DNA of 62,732 bases, filler included, from Rhabdomonas costata (GCA_019059605.1; 48 parts of 48 records of this genome joined end to end with filler, not necessarily neighbours in it); one strand, 5' to 3'; positions 38,736-52,745 are shown, numbered from the whole stretch's first letter. The notes: a model not told the origin generated them from the letters alone. Made by a program: numbers and translations.

Positions 38736-39599
38736 GTGCGCCTCAACACATTCACATACGTGCATAGTCACACACATCTGTATCAGGGTGACAGCTCACG
38801 CGCGAGTCTAGGACCCTCGGAGCTGGCTCCATAGGCCAGACGAAGTTACAGTAGCGGTGAGCGGGTACACCGTGGCACCACTGACCGGGGTCTCTGGAGG
38901 TCAGCTCCGTGGCAATCGAGTGTATGCGCTACAGCGGCCAACTCTGGAGTACAGAACCCAGAGGAACACCGTGATCCCGTCACTGAGAGCGGTTTCCAAC
39001 AGTTCGGCAAGTTCACTTTGTCCCAGCACAAAAACCATGGGACCTTGAGCTAACCCGCCCGGCAGGGGAGCAGCGCAGTCAGCACCCCTTCGACGAGTCT
39101 CAGTTTAATCAACAGTCAACACCTGCCCGGTACCTCCACACCCACACAGCACACAAATGTCGAACGTCTTTCCAGGGCNNNNNNNNNNNNNNNNNNNNNN
39201 NNNNNNNNNNNNNNNNNNNNNNTTAATTAATTAANNNNNNNNNNNNNNNNNNNNNNNNNNNNNNNNNNNNNNNNNNNNGCAAGGGTGTCATACACTCGGG
39301 TTGTGCTTTTTCCCAACTTGCCTCGGTCAGGTGTTCTTGCTCTTGCTTCGCCTTCTTCCCCAACTTTCTCTCCATTCAACTGCTCCCATATATCTCCCGT
39401 GACTTCCTCACTGGCTTTATGCGAATGCACAGTTTCTTCATCTACTCTTGAGCTTTTCTGAAGTCTCATCTCACCAACAGAATTGATCTCTCCTCTTGCA
39501 GCAACAACGCTCTACTATCTTCTCAACTCAAGCGCTGAACTTCCAATCTTTAGCTGGTCAACCACTTCTCTCAAATCTCTCGTATATCGACCACTATCT

Positions 39600-40330
39600 T
39601 CACTCTGTCCAAAACAACTCTGAAATTCTCACGACTGCAAACACCAATGTGTTCTCTATCTTTTCATCCACACGAAGGCTTTTCTACGCGTCCTGAGCCG
39701 TTACAGCGGCCTCAAGTATTTTGGAGCTGAGACGGACTACTTGCGTTGTCTAGTGGAACTTACGGATACAGGACCGTCCGTATTTAACTCCTGGTTTCCA
39801 CCAGCCTGTCGCCTGTTCATTTTCAGGCAGGAACTATTAGGGAAAGGTTTTTTGGGGCTTCTAAGCATGGTTTTAATACCATTTCTAACGTTGTTGGTTC
39901 TTTATTTCTCTCTTTCCCTCGCCGCCAGCTCTTTTTCATCGTGGTATGTACCGTTTCCTTTTCATACCTTGCTGCTCCACGATGCGGGGAGCAATTTTCA
40001 CGCAAAGGCTGTTCACAAGACAAATTTTAAGAGAGATAAGAAGAAAGCGCCAAAGGCCCACGGGGATGGGGAAAGACATAATCTAAAACAAAAAACCTTG
40101 CTGCCCGGTTGAAGGGTTCACACAAAATATTACGTGCTACAGCCATGGTGTCACGATGGGGCCGACGGGAGCCTGTCCTTACGAACCCGATCTGCACGTG
40201 CATTTCAATGCGTCTGATCGGTTTCTGGCTTTGTTTCGCAATTATCATCGCAACACAATCTCTACATTAGGGTTTGGTCAAACGAAGCATTAGCATTGAC
40301 AAGCGCCACTGCGACCACAATTGTGCAAAG
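39600..40330 (-). mobile_element. Heavily decayed non-LTR retrotransposon reverse transcriptase (tentative)
   Basis: Remnants in the expected order across frames: QWRLSML (WRPISLL), QIGFVR (QxGF), LVFAVV (LFADD). Many stops. Confidence 0.3.
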
Positions 40331-40857
40331 GAATTTCCTCCCAATCCTTGGTTCTCGTCAATCCAAACGGGCCGGTCTTTCAAGGATTCGGTTTCAGAGG
40401 GTGTTCTTCCGTATCTCGGTTCCTTTCTATCTCACATTTTGCCCGGTGGATCGGGTTTGCGCTGGCAAGCACATCTAGTCCCACCTCANNNNNNNNNNNN
40501 NNNNNNNNNNNNNNNNNNNNNNNNNNNNNNNNTTAATTAATTAANNNNNNNNNNNNNNNNNNNNNNNNNNNNNNNNNNNNNNNNNNNNGTTTTTTGGGAG
40601 AGTTTTCCGCGCCTGCTGACTAACTTGCTGGTCCGCTTTGGGCTTTGGTCCAAATATCCGCAGCCGGTTTTCCAGCGTTGTATTCACCCTTACGAACGAA
40701 GGCGTAAGGGCAGGAACAGCAATAAGGTGCTGCAAAGGTGTCGACACTTCCCCCAAATGAAAGTGTCAATAGTCATCAAATCATCAAATTTGAGGACGGC
40801 CAGTTTTGAGGACGCAGTCAAAGTTTGGTGCTTCTGTCAGGTTTTTCTTTTGCAAAC

Positions 40858-41571
40858 ATGGATCCTAAGGTTGCTTTGACATGTCTGGTCCCTGCTGTTG
40901 CGCAAGTCCAAGATCTCCGCCGGAAATACGACACGGCATACAGCCGCTGGATGCCGCACTTCAACATCGATTGCTTTCCTTTTTTTCCCCACTGCGAGCA
41001 TGTCTCATTAGCTCCCAGAATCCAGCAGGTCTGTGCGCGCCATGCTCCGATTCCACTCTGTTTGGAGCGTGTCGAGCAGTTTCCTGCGTCTGGGAAGAAA
41101 GCTGGCACTCTATTCGCTCACGTTAGTGACGTCTCTGGAAATTTGCTTGCGATCCATGATGAGTTGCTTCGAGAGCTAGGTATTCGGCCCCCCTGTGTCG
41201 AGTTTCACCCGCACGTCACACTGGGGCGATTCGACAAGCAAGCAGCCCTGGAAGCTGCTCAGCAATTGGTGAGCCAAAGTTGGAAGTCGCTTTCGTTCAC
41301 TCTGGAGGGACTTCATCTGATTGCGCGAAAAGATGACTTGCCATTTGCACCTGCGATCTTCTTTCCCTTTGGGAAGACTGAACACGTTAATCTTAGTCAA
41401 GCCCCAGAAGCGATTTGTGCCCCAGGTGCAACCGGTGATTCTCCAATCGATCGTGAGTCTTGCGAACCCAGTCCCAAATATGTTTCTCGGGTTTCTCGCG
41501 CTGGTCCCTTCAGTATTTTTCGGATAGCCAGCACCTCCCTTGAACAAGGGGAACCTTCAGCACGACCATGA
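40858..41571 (+). CDS. 2H phosphoesterase (2'-5' RNA ligase superfamily, LENG9/PAP-associated type), intronless
   Basis: VQDLRRKYDTAYSRWMPHFNI...FHPHVTLGRF...LHLIARKDDLPF, with two His motifs. Confidence 0.88.
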   Translation: MDPKVALTCLVPAVAQVQDLRRKYDTAYSRWMPHFNIDCFPFFPHCEHVSLAPRIQQVCARHAPIPLCLERVEQFPASGKKAGTLFAHVSDVSGNLLAIHDELLRELGIRPPCVEFHPHVTLGRFDKQAALEAAQQLVSQSWKSLSFTLEGLHLIARKDDLPFAPAIFFPFGKTEHVNLSQAPEAICAPGATGDSPIDRESCEPSPKYVSRVSRAGPFSIFRIASTSLEQGEPSARP

Positions 41572-41574
41572 ATA

Positions 41575-41797
41575 ATGAACGTACTTGTCATTGATAATTC
41601 GGGTTCCATGGGAGGAGCTACTATTGAAGCAACAAACACCATCGGACGGGGAATGCTTTCTCTTCCACAGTCGCTCGTTGACGCTGAGCCTGCGATCGTA
41701 ATCTGTTTTAGTGCGAAGGCCACAATTTTGTCGAGCTCACTCCGACGTCCCGAAGATCTTGACGCTCTGAAGTTCCCTCCTCAGGAGAACACAAACA
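41575..41797 (+). CDS. vWA domain, partial, in the same frame as the upstream 2H ORF
   Basis: MIDAS motif VLVIDNSGSMG, then IVICFSAKA and ENTN. Confidence 0.85.
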
Positions 41798-44700
41798 NNN
41801 NNNNNNNNNNNNNNNNNNNNNNNNNNNNNNNNNNNNNNNNNTTAATTAATTAANNNNNNNNNNNNNNNNNNNNNNNNNNNNNNNNNNNNNNNNNNNNTTG
41901 AGGTGTTTTTGTAAATACCCAGTGTTAGACAATCCAGAGAAGATTTCCACATCGTCATCTGTCCAATGAAATTGTGCGACTTAGCTTCTTCCTGGGGTTT
42001 ATGGCAAACACAGTCGAAGTGATTGATATGCCAAAACAACAAATAGCCTTCCTCTCCTCTATTGCGCCCTTTATTTCAACAATCTATTTTAGTGGACTTC
42101 TTGCAGTTACCTGGGTAATCACCCTGCAAATTCAGCGGTGCAGCCGAGGCAAACGCCCGATGAGCGAGCGGGGTGAAGAAGAAGAGCACAGTGACAAGAA
42201 GCACAAACGTACGTTGCGGACGCGGTAGAAAAGTCATCGTCCGCCATGGGCAAGGGCTTCTTCAGGTGCATCGTGGAGACTACAATGCTCTCGCGGTGGC
42301 CCACCGTCTTGGTGGTGTTGACAATGGTGTACTGAGGCTCCTGGAGCGTTAAAAGACACAAAAGCATCGCAGAAGAGAAAAGTTCAGGTGCTTTCCCCGC
42401 AGTTTCACCCACCACCACCAAGCTAGCAGATGTTTCCGAATTCCACCACATACAACTGCACTGACCCGAACACTGCAGTCTGGTCTGCAGAGGGGACATA
42501 GGCGCTACAAAACAGGGAAGGTGATTTGGTTATTAAAAACCAGAAGAACAGAGAATTTGAAATGCAACGCATCTGTGCAGGCACAAGAGCAAAGTGCTGC
42601 AACACACATGAACACGCGGGGGGGTGGGGGCGAGCGAATGGAAAGAGACAAGGAAAGAATCAGGGAAGTGTGTCACCAGGAGAAAACGAGACAGGGAACT
42701 GGGAAGCGGGCGAAAGGCACACAAACTGTGAGACAAAGAATACACCAAAGCCGATTGAAATTCAACAAGCCGCAGGCAAGGACCGGAAGACGAGCAGAAC
42801 CCCAAACGACCCGTCCAGTGACGCGTTTCAATGTTGTGGGTAACTCGTGAACGGAGGTTTCAGCCACCTGCTTCGCTTTCGTGGCGTTGGACACGTCCGA
42901 AGCGTTGGTTACATCCTGCATAGAGAAAGCCAAGTCTCCCGAGCAGACAATAGCGGAGCGAAGGAAGACACAGAAAAGTAGCCACGGTTCAATCAGAACA
43001 AAAAGTGAAGCAGAAGCAGTCCACCTGGCCAATTGCTGGTAAAAAAACCCGGTATTTGGAAAAACCCTTTCAAACCTAGGTTGAAAAATCTCTCTCGACA
43101 CAAACANNNNNNNNNNNNNNNNNNNNNNNNNNNNNNNNNNNNNNNNNNNNTTAATTAATTAANNNNNNNNNNNNNNNNNNNNNNNNNNNNNNNNNNNNNN
43201 NNNNNNTGTTGGTTGTGGGGTCGTCGTCGCTGTAGAACGGGCTGCCAGCCTCCTCAACGCTGCCCACCTCGTCCAGGCTTTGCACGGCAACGCAGAAATA
43301 ATGTGACAGGGTGGACGTAAGCGCTAACCGCGCTGTTGGTGTGCTTTCGAAGCAACAATACCCAAATTCCTACCCGTTACTTTTGCTGTTTGCACCGGAG
43401 ATACTTCCTGTTAAATACCCCTCAAGATAAAATAATCCTGTGCCACACGTCCCGTTTACACACACATTATTTGCGGACTGGGATGTAACAGGTCGCGGCT
43501 CGGCCGTTGGTGGCCACATACACACAACAAACCAAATGTTGGCACATATAGTGTTCCCGCTTTACCGAACCATATTCCTCGCTAAAGAAAAAAGCAGCCC
43601 AGATCAAAGTGCAAGCATTCAGAATCAGCAGCTGTGCCCAGGGCAACGACTTTGAGCGAAGAGTGCAAAATTCTGATTCTCCACCCAACCTCAGTGCCCA
43701 CCTGCTATCTATACTATAGCCCTGAACCCCCCTTTGCCCTGGAAATCAGACACACGTGCACGCAAGCACGCACGCACGCACGCAGGACCGTGCGCACCCG
43801 CACCCGCCGCATGGGGCCGTGGTGCTGCTGCCCGTGAGGGAAAGTTGGGTCTTCTCTGGTGAAGAAGTGGGGAGGAAGGAGCTTGGTGGGGCCTGGCCAC
43901 AGGGAGCGGGGCCCCCAGAGGAGGAGGTGGGAGAGTCCACCACAGGAGATGAGGGCGCCGCGGGCGAGCTCATCTCTCTTGCGGTCGTCAATTCGTCTGC
44001 TCACAAAGAACTGGGGTTAATCCTCGCAAATACGGAGGACGAGAGACGGAGACGGAGAAGGGGAAAGAGGAAGTGAGGGAGGGAGGCAATAATAACCCCC
44101 CGCCCACCGCACCGGCACGGCGGTGGGGAGGGGCAAAAGGGGGAGGGGGCACACTCGACGAGTGGCGAGAGTGAAAGAAGCGCGAAGAAAAAACCCCAGC
44201 AAAATAAAAGGCTGCAAAAAGAAAAAGCCTCTGAGAGGGCCAGCGATAACTTCGGCAAGATCTTGCAACCGTTATCTTCAGTTCATCCGCATCTTTTGCT
44301 GTTAAAAACGGTTGCAAAACTAAATGACCTTTCGGTCAAAACTAAAGTCAAGTTCAACAGGTTTTCCTTCCCCACAACTGCTCACCAGCAGTCCCCTCTT
44401 AAGACCAAACGGATGNNNNNNNNNNNNNNNNNNNNNNNNNNNNNNNNNNNNNNNNNNNNTTAATTAATTAANNNNNNNNNNNNNNNNNNNNNNNNNNNNN
44501 NNNNNNNNNNNNNNNGGGGGGGGGGGTGTTTGAAGCATTTGACCCGTCGCGCGGTCATGAGTAAAAAACGATAAGAACAGAATGCATATCGCCAACAAGG
44601 GCATCGTCAGCTGCGTGAGACGAAAAAAATTAATGGAAGGGATGGGAGAAGGTGTTGGATTGGCAGGCAGGTGCTGGATTGGTTGTATGGTTGCGGTTGG

Positions 44701-44842
44701 CGATGAAACTGAATAGATGAGTGGATGAATGATTGAAGAAGGGTCATATTTGGTGGTTTCCTTGTTGAGTTGAACCGGATTGCAGTCATGTCTGCTTGCG
44801 CGAGTTGGGATTGGATGGGATGGAGTGCGCAACGTTCATCAG

Positions 44843-45590
44843 GCGGGGTGGGTTCCACGTGGAGGTGAGGCGAATTGAGGTTACCCGGGCACTACCCGAG
44901 GATCCCGAGATGGCTCAAATGGTGAAGGAGAACACTGAGCAACTGGAGCTGCGCCTGTCCAGGGTATCCTCTCGGATCCCAAACCTGTTCTCCCCGTTTT
45001 CCTGGTTGCCACCACTCATGCCAATCTCTGTCGTCCGCGATCGACCACAAAGCCTTCCCGCCCAATCGAAGGTGTTCGACCGTTGTGCTGTGCAAATGGC
45101 TAGGTCCTTGCGAACCCCTTTTTGCCAAGGCTAGGTGCTCGACCGCCGCTTCGGGACTTCGCCTTTACTGCTGACGATCCAATGATCTTCCATCACTTTC
45201 CATTTCGTGTGGTTAGTCCTCGATTCGATCCGAAGCTGGAAGCTGAGTTTGGTAGTCGCCCCGCCAAATGACAGGAGAGCCCTGTGCCTGTAAGTTTCCA
45301 GCCTCCTGTGATCCTTGATTACGTTCTACTGACCACATTCTCGACGATACTCAATGATTTCCGGTCACTGTGATGTTGGATTGGACTCTGTCAACGATCG
45401 TCCACAGAGCTTGGGGGAGTGCCGGGTTGAGCTGGAGGGCCGGGCTGCCGTTATGCGGTCCCGGGAGACCAACTTGGGCAACTTCCTGGCCGACGTGCTG
45501 CGGGTGTGCAGCCGCGCAGACGTCGCGCTGCTGCCCGCACAGACCCTGGCCTGCGACCGGGTCTTCCCGGCTGGCCCGCTGACCTTCAGG
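44843..45590 (+). CDS. 5'-nucleotidase family protein, exons 44843-44963 and 45408-45590
   Basis: PEDPEMAQMV...|SLGECRVELEGR...RSRETNLGNFLAD...ADVALL...FPAGPLT. In-phase GT-AG intron. Confidence 0.85.
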
Positions 45591-48160
45591 GTTCATTCAA
45601 TTTCGTCCTCTTGTGGCTTCTGGTGCAATTGGATTCAGTAGATTTGGTTGCATAGTCCACCCCTCTAAAAATATTCTGCTGAAGTAAGGGTGGGTGTGCT
45701 TTCCCTCTTTGCCACGTCTTTCCGNNNNNNNNNNNNNNNNNNNNNNNNNNNNNNNNNNNNNNNNNNNNTTAATTAATTAANNNNNNNNNNNNNNNNNNNN
45801 NNNNNNNNNNNNNNNNNNNNNNNNTTTGTTGGGGAAATAGTTCATGCAAATCTGGCTGTGGTATGATGGCATGGTCCAAAACGTTCTGTATCAACACAAA
45901 AATCAGCGTCAGAAAGTACAAAGACAGCGGGTTTCAAGGTTAGTCACCGCATTGCTTGGGCGAGGCCGTGTCCACAACAGTTATCACGGAAAATGCCCGC
46001 AAATTATTGCGTCAGACGGGGCAATTTTTGCGAAAGAGGTAAGGACCACCGCGGGCGAACTTCCACGAAGCGGATCTGTCCTTAGTAGGACATTCCATAT
46101 GCGCAGTTGCCCACGGCGGCCTCCAACAGTAAGATCCGCCCTGAAGGTTGACAGGGGTTACGAACAGGAAGCCCTGTGACTGTCCTTGATGGATATGCGC
46201 ATGCTTCCGCGAGGCGTAGAGATCGTGATGGCCTCTGGGGAAAAGGAGCCCAAAATACCACTAACCGCTGATACAAAGCAGTCGGGAAGCGCAAGGAACC
46301 ATCACCGGGCCCGTCTAAATATGGCAAAGTGACACCGCCTCCGAACGCACCATTGTTACACATACACCTGGGTTCAAAGGGCAACTGGTAGAACGTGCAA
46401 CCATCGCCGCCAACAAAGCCGCATACCAGTGACAACGTTGTAACTTCGCACCCCATACGCCTTAACCACTGCTGATGAAGAAGGAGGGATTGACTTGAGG
46501 GGGAAGCAGCATTCACCAAATCAAGATGGCCAGTCGCGCATTGAGGTCGCGCCGTCTGAGCAGGTCCCAGGCGAATTTTGCTGGACACTTATAACGCTGC
46601 AGCGGAGCTGTCAGACTACTTAAAAAATTGGGCCCGAGTTAAAACAACACATCGTGTGTCCGTGTAGAATCTTACCCTACCAACGTGCGCAAAGACAAAC
46701 ATTCCTCTCGCCCACAAAACGCACCATACACGCATACACAGCCTGACTGTGTGTGTATGCGCAACGTGCCCTCAGATGACCTCCACAACACGGCCGCAGT
46801 CGCAGGCTTGCTTATATGTACGGTGCCATTCCTGGAGCTGCAAAATCGCATCTGTCACAGCTGTCCGTATGGGCTGCGACGCTTGTTGCAAGAATGCTGT
46901 CATCTCGAACTCATGGAGACGCATGTAGTGAGCAGAACAAAAAATCCAGGGCTCCGCACCGGTGGCCGGCATCTTGAGTAGCTCCACTGGGTCCTCTGTC
47001 GTCAGCTTTGTCTACTATTGCTGCCACCACAACNNNNNNNNNNNNNNNNNNNNNNNNNNNNNNNNNNNNNNNNNNNNTTAATTAATTAANNNNNNNNNNN
47101 NNNNNNNNNNNNNNNNNNNNNNNNNNNNNNNNNGGGTGGGGGGGGTCCCGTTCGGTGCACAGAAACAAAAGTTGATCCTATAACAGCGGTCTTTGTGTTT
47201 CACCTGCACGGTTCGAGACCCAAGACAAATGACTTGACTAAGCAGCAGTGCCTGATTTTCGGTGCTCCAGCGCAGACGTCACAACAGAAAACGGTTAAAG
47301 TAAAGTTTGCTGAAATACTTAATACTTAAGTGCTTATATTTATACCGTAGATTTTTAGGTTAAAATTCTTTTTGTGCACGTGGGTTACATGAACTAACCT
47401 AACCGAGTACCCTTTTGTGATAAGGGTTTCGGTGAGGCTGACATAAAAAGATGCTGACTGCTGGCTGAGCAGATTACGAGCGCGTTGCAGGCTTTGGCGG
47501 ACGCGGGGGTTAGTTCAGGAGCAGAGGCCCAACCCACGACAAGGCGCAAACGTGGCCTGTGTCCATCATTGTTACCGTGCATTAGCAGAAATAGTTGTCA
47601 TGGTTGCACCCAACCAACCTATACCCAAAGTCAAGAGCAATGAGGACGAGAGGCGACAAGGGATTGTTATACGCAGGTCGATGAGCCAGGATCAGCTTGC
47701 TGGGCGCTTTGCAGGTCCTCCTCCAGCATTATCCTGCAAAAGAAAAACACATGCAAAGAGAAGGAGAGGTCTCCAATCTGTCATCATCCTAGATGTCGAG
47801 AACCAGGTGCAGCCCGAAGGTTGGTCTTCTTTGAAAACTTCTGTTTTCCCGCGCCCGCGCGCACGTCCTAGAAAAGGCGAGATTACAACAGCACGGTCAC
47901 GCAGTCACAGAGTAGCACGGTCAGCGTCAACGTGGCCACCGAGAAGGGTTTCGCGGGAGGGTGTTTTCCCCACAACCGGCAAGACAAAGAATAAACTGGC
48001 TGGAAAAGCACGGGAAAATATCAGTTATCCTTGCTTGTGCTGTCCAGTCGCTACACACGAAACGGGTCACTTGTTTAGCTCATTATTCAAGGAGGGAGGG
48101 AGGGGAGGAAGGGAAGGGGTACACTTTGAACGCCGACACTAGGGTAGGGTAGAGACAGAC

Positions 48161-48315
48161 CTGTCCCCAACGCTGTAGCCCACGCACAGGCTAGCCACGG
48201 GGCAGCTGAGGGTGTCTTGTAGGGAGCTCACCATCGCGGACTCGTCGGCAGGCCGCAGCCCTCGAGGCAGGCCTGTGATCTTCAGGGCGTAGCACTCCAC
48301 ACTGGCAATGGGAGC
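48161..48315 (-). CDS. Exon, possibly OSCA/TMEM63 cytosolic domain
   Basis: SVECYALKITGLP...PVASLCVGY, bounded by ttcag and gt. Confidence 0.4.
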
Positions 48316-48798
48316 CTGAAAGCACAGCAGCAGCAAAAACACNNNNNNNNNNNNNNNNNNNNNNNNNNNNNNNNNNNNNNNNNNNNTTAATTAATTAANN
48401 NNNNNNNNNNNNNNNNNNNNNNNNNNNNNNNNNNNNNNNNNNTGTGTTGGTTGTGTTGTGTTTTTTTTTGCGTAAAACGAGATATATTCCGGGATATCAA
48501 TTTAGTAGAGAAAGGATTGGGTCATGTTTTGCATGCTTGGAGTAGCGGTTCATCGCTGCGTGTGGGAAATTGTTTCTTTTTAAATGCTGCTGCGAGATAA
48601 CCACTCCAGGTCTTACCGCTGCCCTCCCAGTCAAACGCACTGCAACCGCTCGCAACGGAAGGTTGATGGACCGTCACCCACAGCCCGCCATCCTCTGTCA
48701 GTCCACTTTCATTCCTATGTCTTCCTTTGCTCATCCATACCCTATCGCTCTGTCTGTGTGCTTGCGCTAGTGGTGGGGGCGGCGGGAAACGATTCCAG

Positions 48799-49108
48799 GT
48801 GGCGTTCATTGGGAAGATGTTTGTGGTGGATTCCGTGGGGATCACTCTGCCTCCATCCTCCTCTCCCGCGGCCACCACCCATGCCTCCTCCTCCTCGGCC
48901 GCCGCTCCCTTGCTGGCCTTCACTCGGGTCTTCTGTGGCACTCTGCGCACCGGGCAGCAATTGTACCTTTTGGGTCCTCGCCACGCCCGCGCCGCAACCG
49001 CAGGCACCTCCAGCCGAGGGGCGGGGGAGGAGGATGAGGAGAACACCGAGGAGCAGCTCTCCCCGCACTGTCAGCGAGTGACATTGGGGCAGCTCTACCT
49101 GCAGCAGG
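48799..49108 (+). CDS. EFL1: Elongation factor-like GTPase 1 (EFL1/Ria1) domain II exon
   Basis: VAFIGKMF...LAFTRVFCGTLRTGQQLYLLGPRH...VTLGQLYL, with the insertions typical of EFL1 rather than eEF2. Confidence 0.75.
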
Positions 49109-49903
49109 GTGGCTGACCCCCACCCCTCCACAGACACACGCACACACCACTCTTCGGACCTTCCAGGGACGAGTTTTACGGCTGAGAAACGGCTTGTTGG
49201 TAATGTACGGGACGACGGCACAACTCTGTCACAGAGCGTGATGAGGGGTTTAGTGCGAAAGAGTCTCGTGACACAAGAAGATCTGACAAAGTTATAGCTT
49301 AGCGACTGTTTATAAACTGAACCCATTACAACTCCATTTTCTTTTTTGGAAACGCGTTTTTCAGCTCCGCAGAGTGCTGGACTCAGTCAGAGGCACAGGC
49401 CGATCACAAAGTCGGGTAATATATGCTATTTGCTCGCTTTGCCCCGTGCACCCAAAAAGCCAGTCTTCCCAAGCAAGACCTATCAACGGACGCAACACCT
49501 TAACCTAAAATAGATCTTTTCGGGGTGCAGACAATCCGTTGCGTAACCCTTATCAAGTAAAAAGTACAATTATAGTCATTACAATTACAAAGTACAATTA
49601 CAGTCATTTTTCGTCAGTAAGCAGTAACCGTCCCCCCCCACCACCCCNNNNNNNNNNNNNNNNNNNNNNNNNNNNNNNNNNNNNNNNNNNNTTAATTAAT
49701 TAANNNNNNNNNNNNNNNNNNNNNNNNNNNNNNNNNNNNNNNNNNNNCCCTCTAACCCCCTGCGAGATCAAAAGTCTATCCTAAATGACACGTGACACGT
49801 GCATCGCTTCCTAACCCCTCAAAAAACAGTCCATTAGTGGGGAACCTGGCAAAGTACACCTAACCCATGCGTAACAGCCGGCACTCTAAGGCGGCACTTC
49901 TGG

Positions 49904-50075
49904 TCAGTATACACCAGCCCCAGGCTTGCCCCTGTACACACTGGCCTTCAGCTTGGAGCCACATTTGGAGCCGCACTTAGAAGGGGGCTCTCTGAGAACC
50001 CCATAACATGTTAGCCACTCTTGGAGCTTTGTTTCGTCACTGCAGAGTTCCAGGACATCATAAAGTGTCAACATG
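49904..50075 (-). mobile_element. Possible Merlin-like transposase N-terminal zinc-ribbon remnant
   Basis: DETKLQEWLTCYGVLREPPSKCGSKCGSKLK, then the frame is disrupted. Confidence 0.4.
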
Positions 50076-52745
50076 AGCAAAAAAAAAGGAGCTTTAATGA
50101 AAAAAAAAGGTTCGCTGCTGAGTACCGGTAATATTTCTCTCGACCCGTCCCAATAGGGGGAATAATTCAAATCAATGCAGCCGTTCCTCCATCAGGGAGC
50201 AGTCGTCAACACATATATGCCTTTCTCAAAGGAGTATTGTTTCTGCCCCTTCTTCAGAGCACTCGTCTTCTTCAAATGGCGTGGCGCCCGTCTTCCACAC
50301 CATGCAGCGAGATCTATCCCTCCCCACATTGCACACCATACGTAAAGCTCACGCTCGACGCAGAGCGGTCAGTGTGGCTCAGCGCCAGCTTCCAACCGCC
50401 TCCAGAGGTCCCCGAAGACAAGCCTGCCATCCCCACAGACTCCTTACCCGAGGCCCAAGCTGCCTCTCCCCATTTGCCGCTTTCCAGCAAAGCCTACAGC
50501 CATCCTGGAAGCGGCTTCCTAGAAGCCGTGCAGCGAGCCCTGAAAGACCGGAATCCGCCTAACTCCAAGATCCCCGGCACTCGGGGCGAAAGGCTGCCAT
50601 CCTACAACTCATCGCTTGGGCCGGGGCCGTCCTCGTGCGGCTCAGGTGCGGAGCCACTGCTGCGGACCTGCACCACAGATTCTCTGCTGCAGTCGACACC
50701 GCTGGCTCCTCCGGCGTCGGGGAGGTTCCCTTCCTCTTTGCGGCCGTCCATTTCCACTCTCGAGGAGTCCTTTGCTCCGCACCCTCTGGTGCAGGGAGAA
50801 TGGGCATGCGCAGAGCCCCCCCTGAGCGGAGTGCCTCCTGCATCCCCATCAGCCCAGGCCTTGGGCTGCCTGGCGAGCACCCCTGCCATAGATCAGGACA
50901 GTGGACCCGCGGCAGTCTCGACACCCCCCGTCTCCCATTCCAGTGCGCAACCCGGCNNNNNNNNNNNNNNNNNNNNNNNNNNNNNNNNNNNNNNNNNNNN
51001 TTAATTAATTAANNNNNNNNNNNNNNNNNNNNNNNNNNNNNNNNNNNNNNNNNNNNCACTCCTTGTACTTCGCTCAAGCTTCTCCAGGTCCTGATTTGCT
51101 TCCGCTCAATTTCATTTTTCCTTTCAGCGCAACATGCCTCCCCTTTCCATGAAAGTTGCTTTCTTATTTCATTTTTCCGTTTGCTCGGTGACAGGTGGGC
51201 GACTATTTTTGACGCACTCCTGCCACCCTTGACCAGAGCGTCGGATTGTGGTGATCTGCAGTTGATCAGTGGCACAGGGTTTCCGTCCTTCGCCATCCAA
51301 CAGTGAATTCTGGGCCTGTATTTCCAACCGCAGAGGCAGTAGAAAGTCAAAGGAACCATGTGAAATCAAGCAACATAGTCACAAAAATGAAGGCAAACCA
51401 CGCTGCTACCAAATGGAGAAAGTACAGGAGGAGAAGTGATGGATTGCGATGGCGGTTGCACTTGGACACGCGGTAGAGGTACAAGAATACAGAACAGGAG
51501 ATGAATTCACTCTTTCGAAAATGGAAGTCCGAAAGTACAGGGGCTCAAAAAAGCCCATCTGCTGCAAGAGCAGGGAGGAGACATGACACGACATATATAT
51601 AGAGGTCCTACACAACGACGTCCCACAGAATGCAATGCAAAGAGGACTCCGTAAGCGGAGGTTAGCGATTGGGGGTGACGATTACATTTTCCCAGGAGGG
51701 GATGGTCCGGATGACAGGTGAGGGAAAGAGGCCGGCGAGAGACCTGCCGGCACTCCTTGCATAAGCAAAAAAGTGCACAATGCACCAGGCTCACGATGAA
51801 GACAGAAGCGCGAAGATGCACGGCAGCAAGGCAACAAGGCGAAAGGGAGGCAGGCATTCCAGTCACGGTTGGGGAGAAGGCCCAAGGTATAGGGCACCAT
51901 CGCCAGAACACGGACAGGGTGAAAACTTCGTGGGCAAGAAAGGGAATCAGCAAATTGTATGGACAGCCAAAGAAGTCACAATTGCACAACGCAGAAGACA
52001 AACGGATGAGTCCACACAACAAGCAGCTCCTTTTTATACAATCTACTGCACTACCGTTCCCCCGCTCCCACAAATCCCCCAGAGAGACCTTCCGACTCAC
52101 CCATTTGGGTTGGGGCTGTTAACCAGACAGGGATGTCAGCCATCCAGCCCAGCCACACCCATACGATGCAAAACAAAAGCAAAGTGATCAGGACCACAAG
52201 CGCAGCCGGAATTTCCCCCCGAAATACAAAACCCTAGGGGAAAACAGAGACAGAGGCAAAAAAACNNNNNNNNNNNNNNNNNNNNNNNNNNNNNNNNNNN
52301 NNNNNNNNNTTAATTAATTAANNNNNNNNNNNNNNNNNNNNNNNNNNNNNNNNNNNNNNNNNNNNTGTTGGGGGGTGGTGTGTTTGGGTGTGGTTGTGTG
52401 GGTTCTCTTTGTGCTTGTGTCGGTTCATATGTGTTGGGTGGAAGGTGAATCATATGTCTGCATCTGTGTGTGGTTGTAGAAGTCCAAAGGAAGGTTGAGA
52501 TTTCTAGTTTCTAGAGTCCAACCGGTGCGAAGATGTCAAGCCCATCTCCACGACCGTTCTTGTGTGTTGTTGGCTCCTTCCAGAATAAACAATGCGTCTG
52601 GTTTTCATTGAACGTTCTGCTGCCATTGTGACATTCTGCTGAAACCGCAACGACAGTGGGAGCGAAGAGAGACCTGTTAAGATGCACCCATCCACCACTA
52701 CAACGGCTTTCGCCAAGCTTGCGATACCGTTAAACTCCGGAACAG

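Noticed and set aside
46500..46600. hAT-like motif GTCSDGATSM on the minus strand
   Set aside because: It is a single short motif, and I could not find the flanking transposase motifs.
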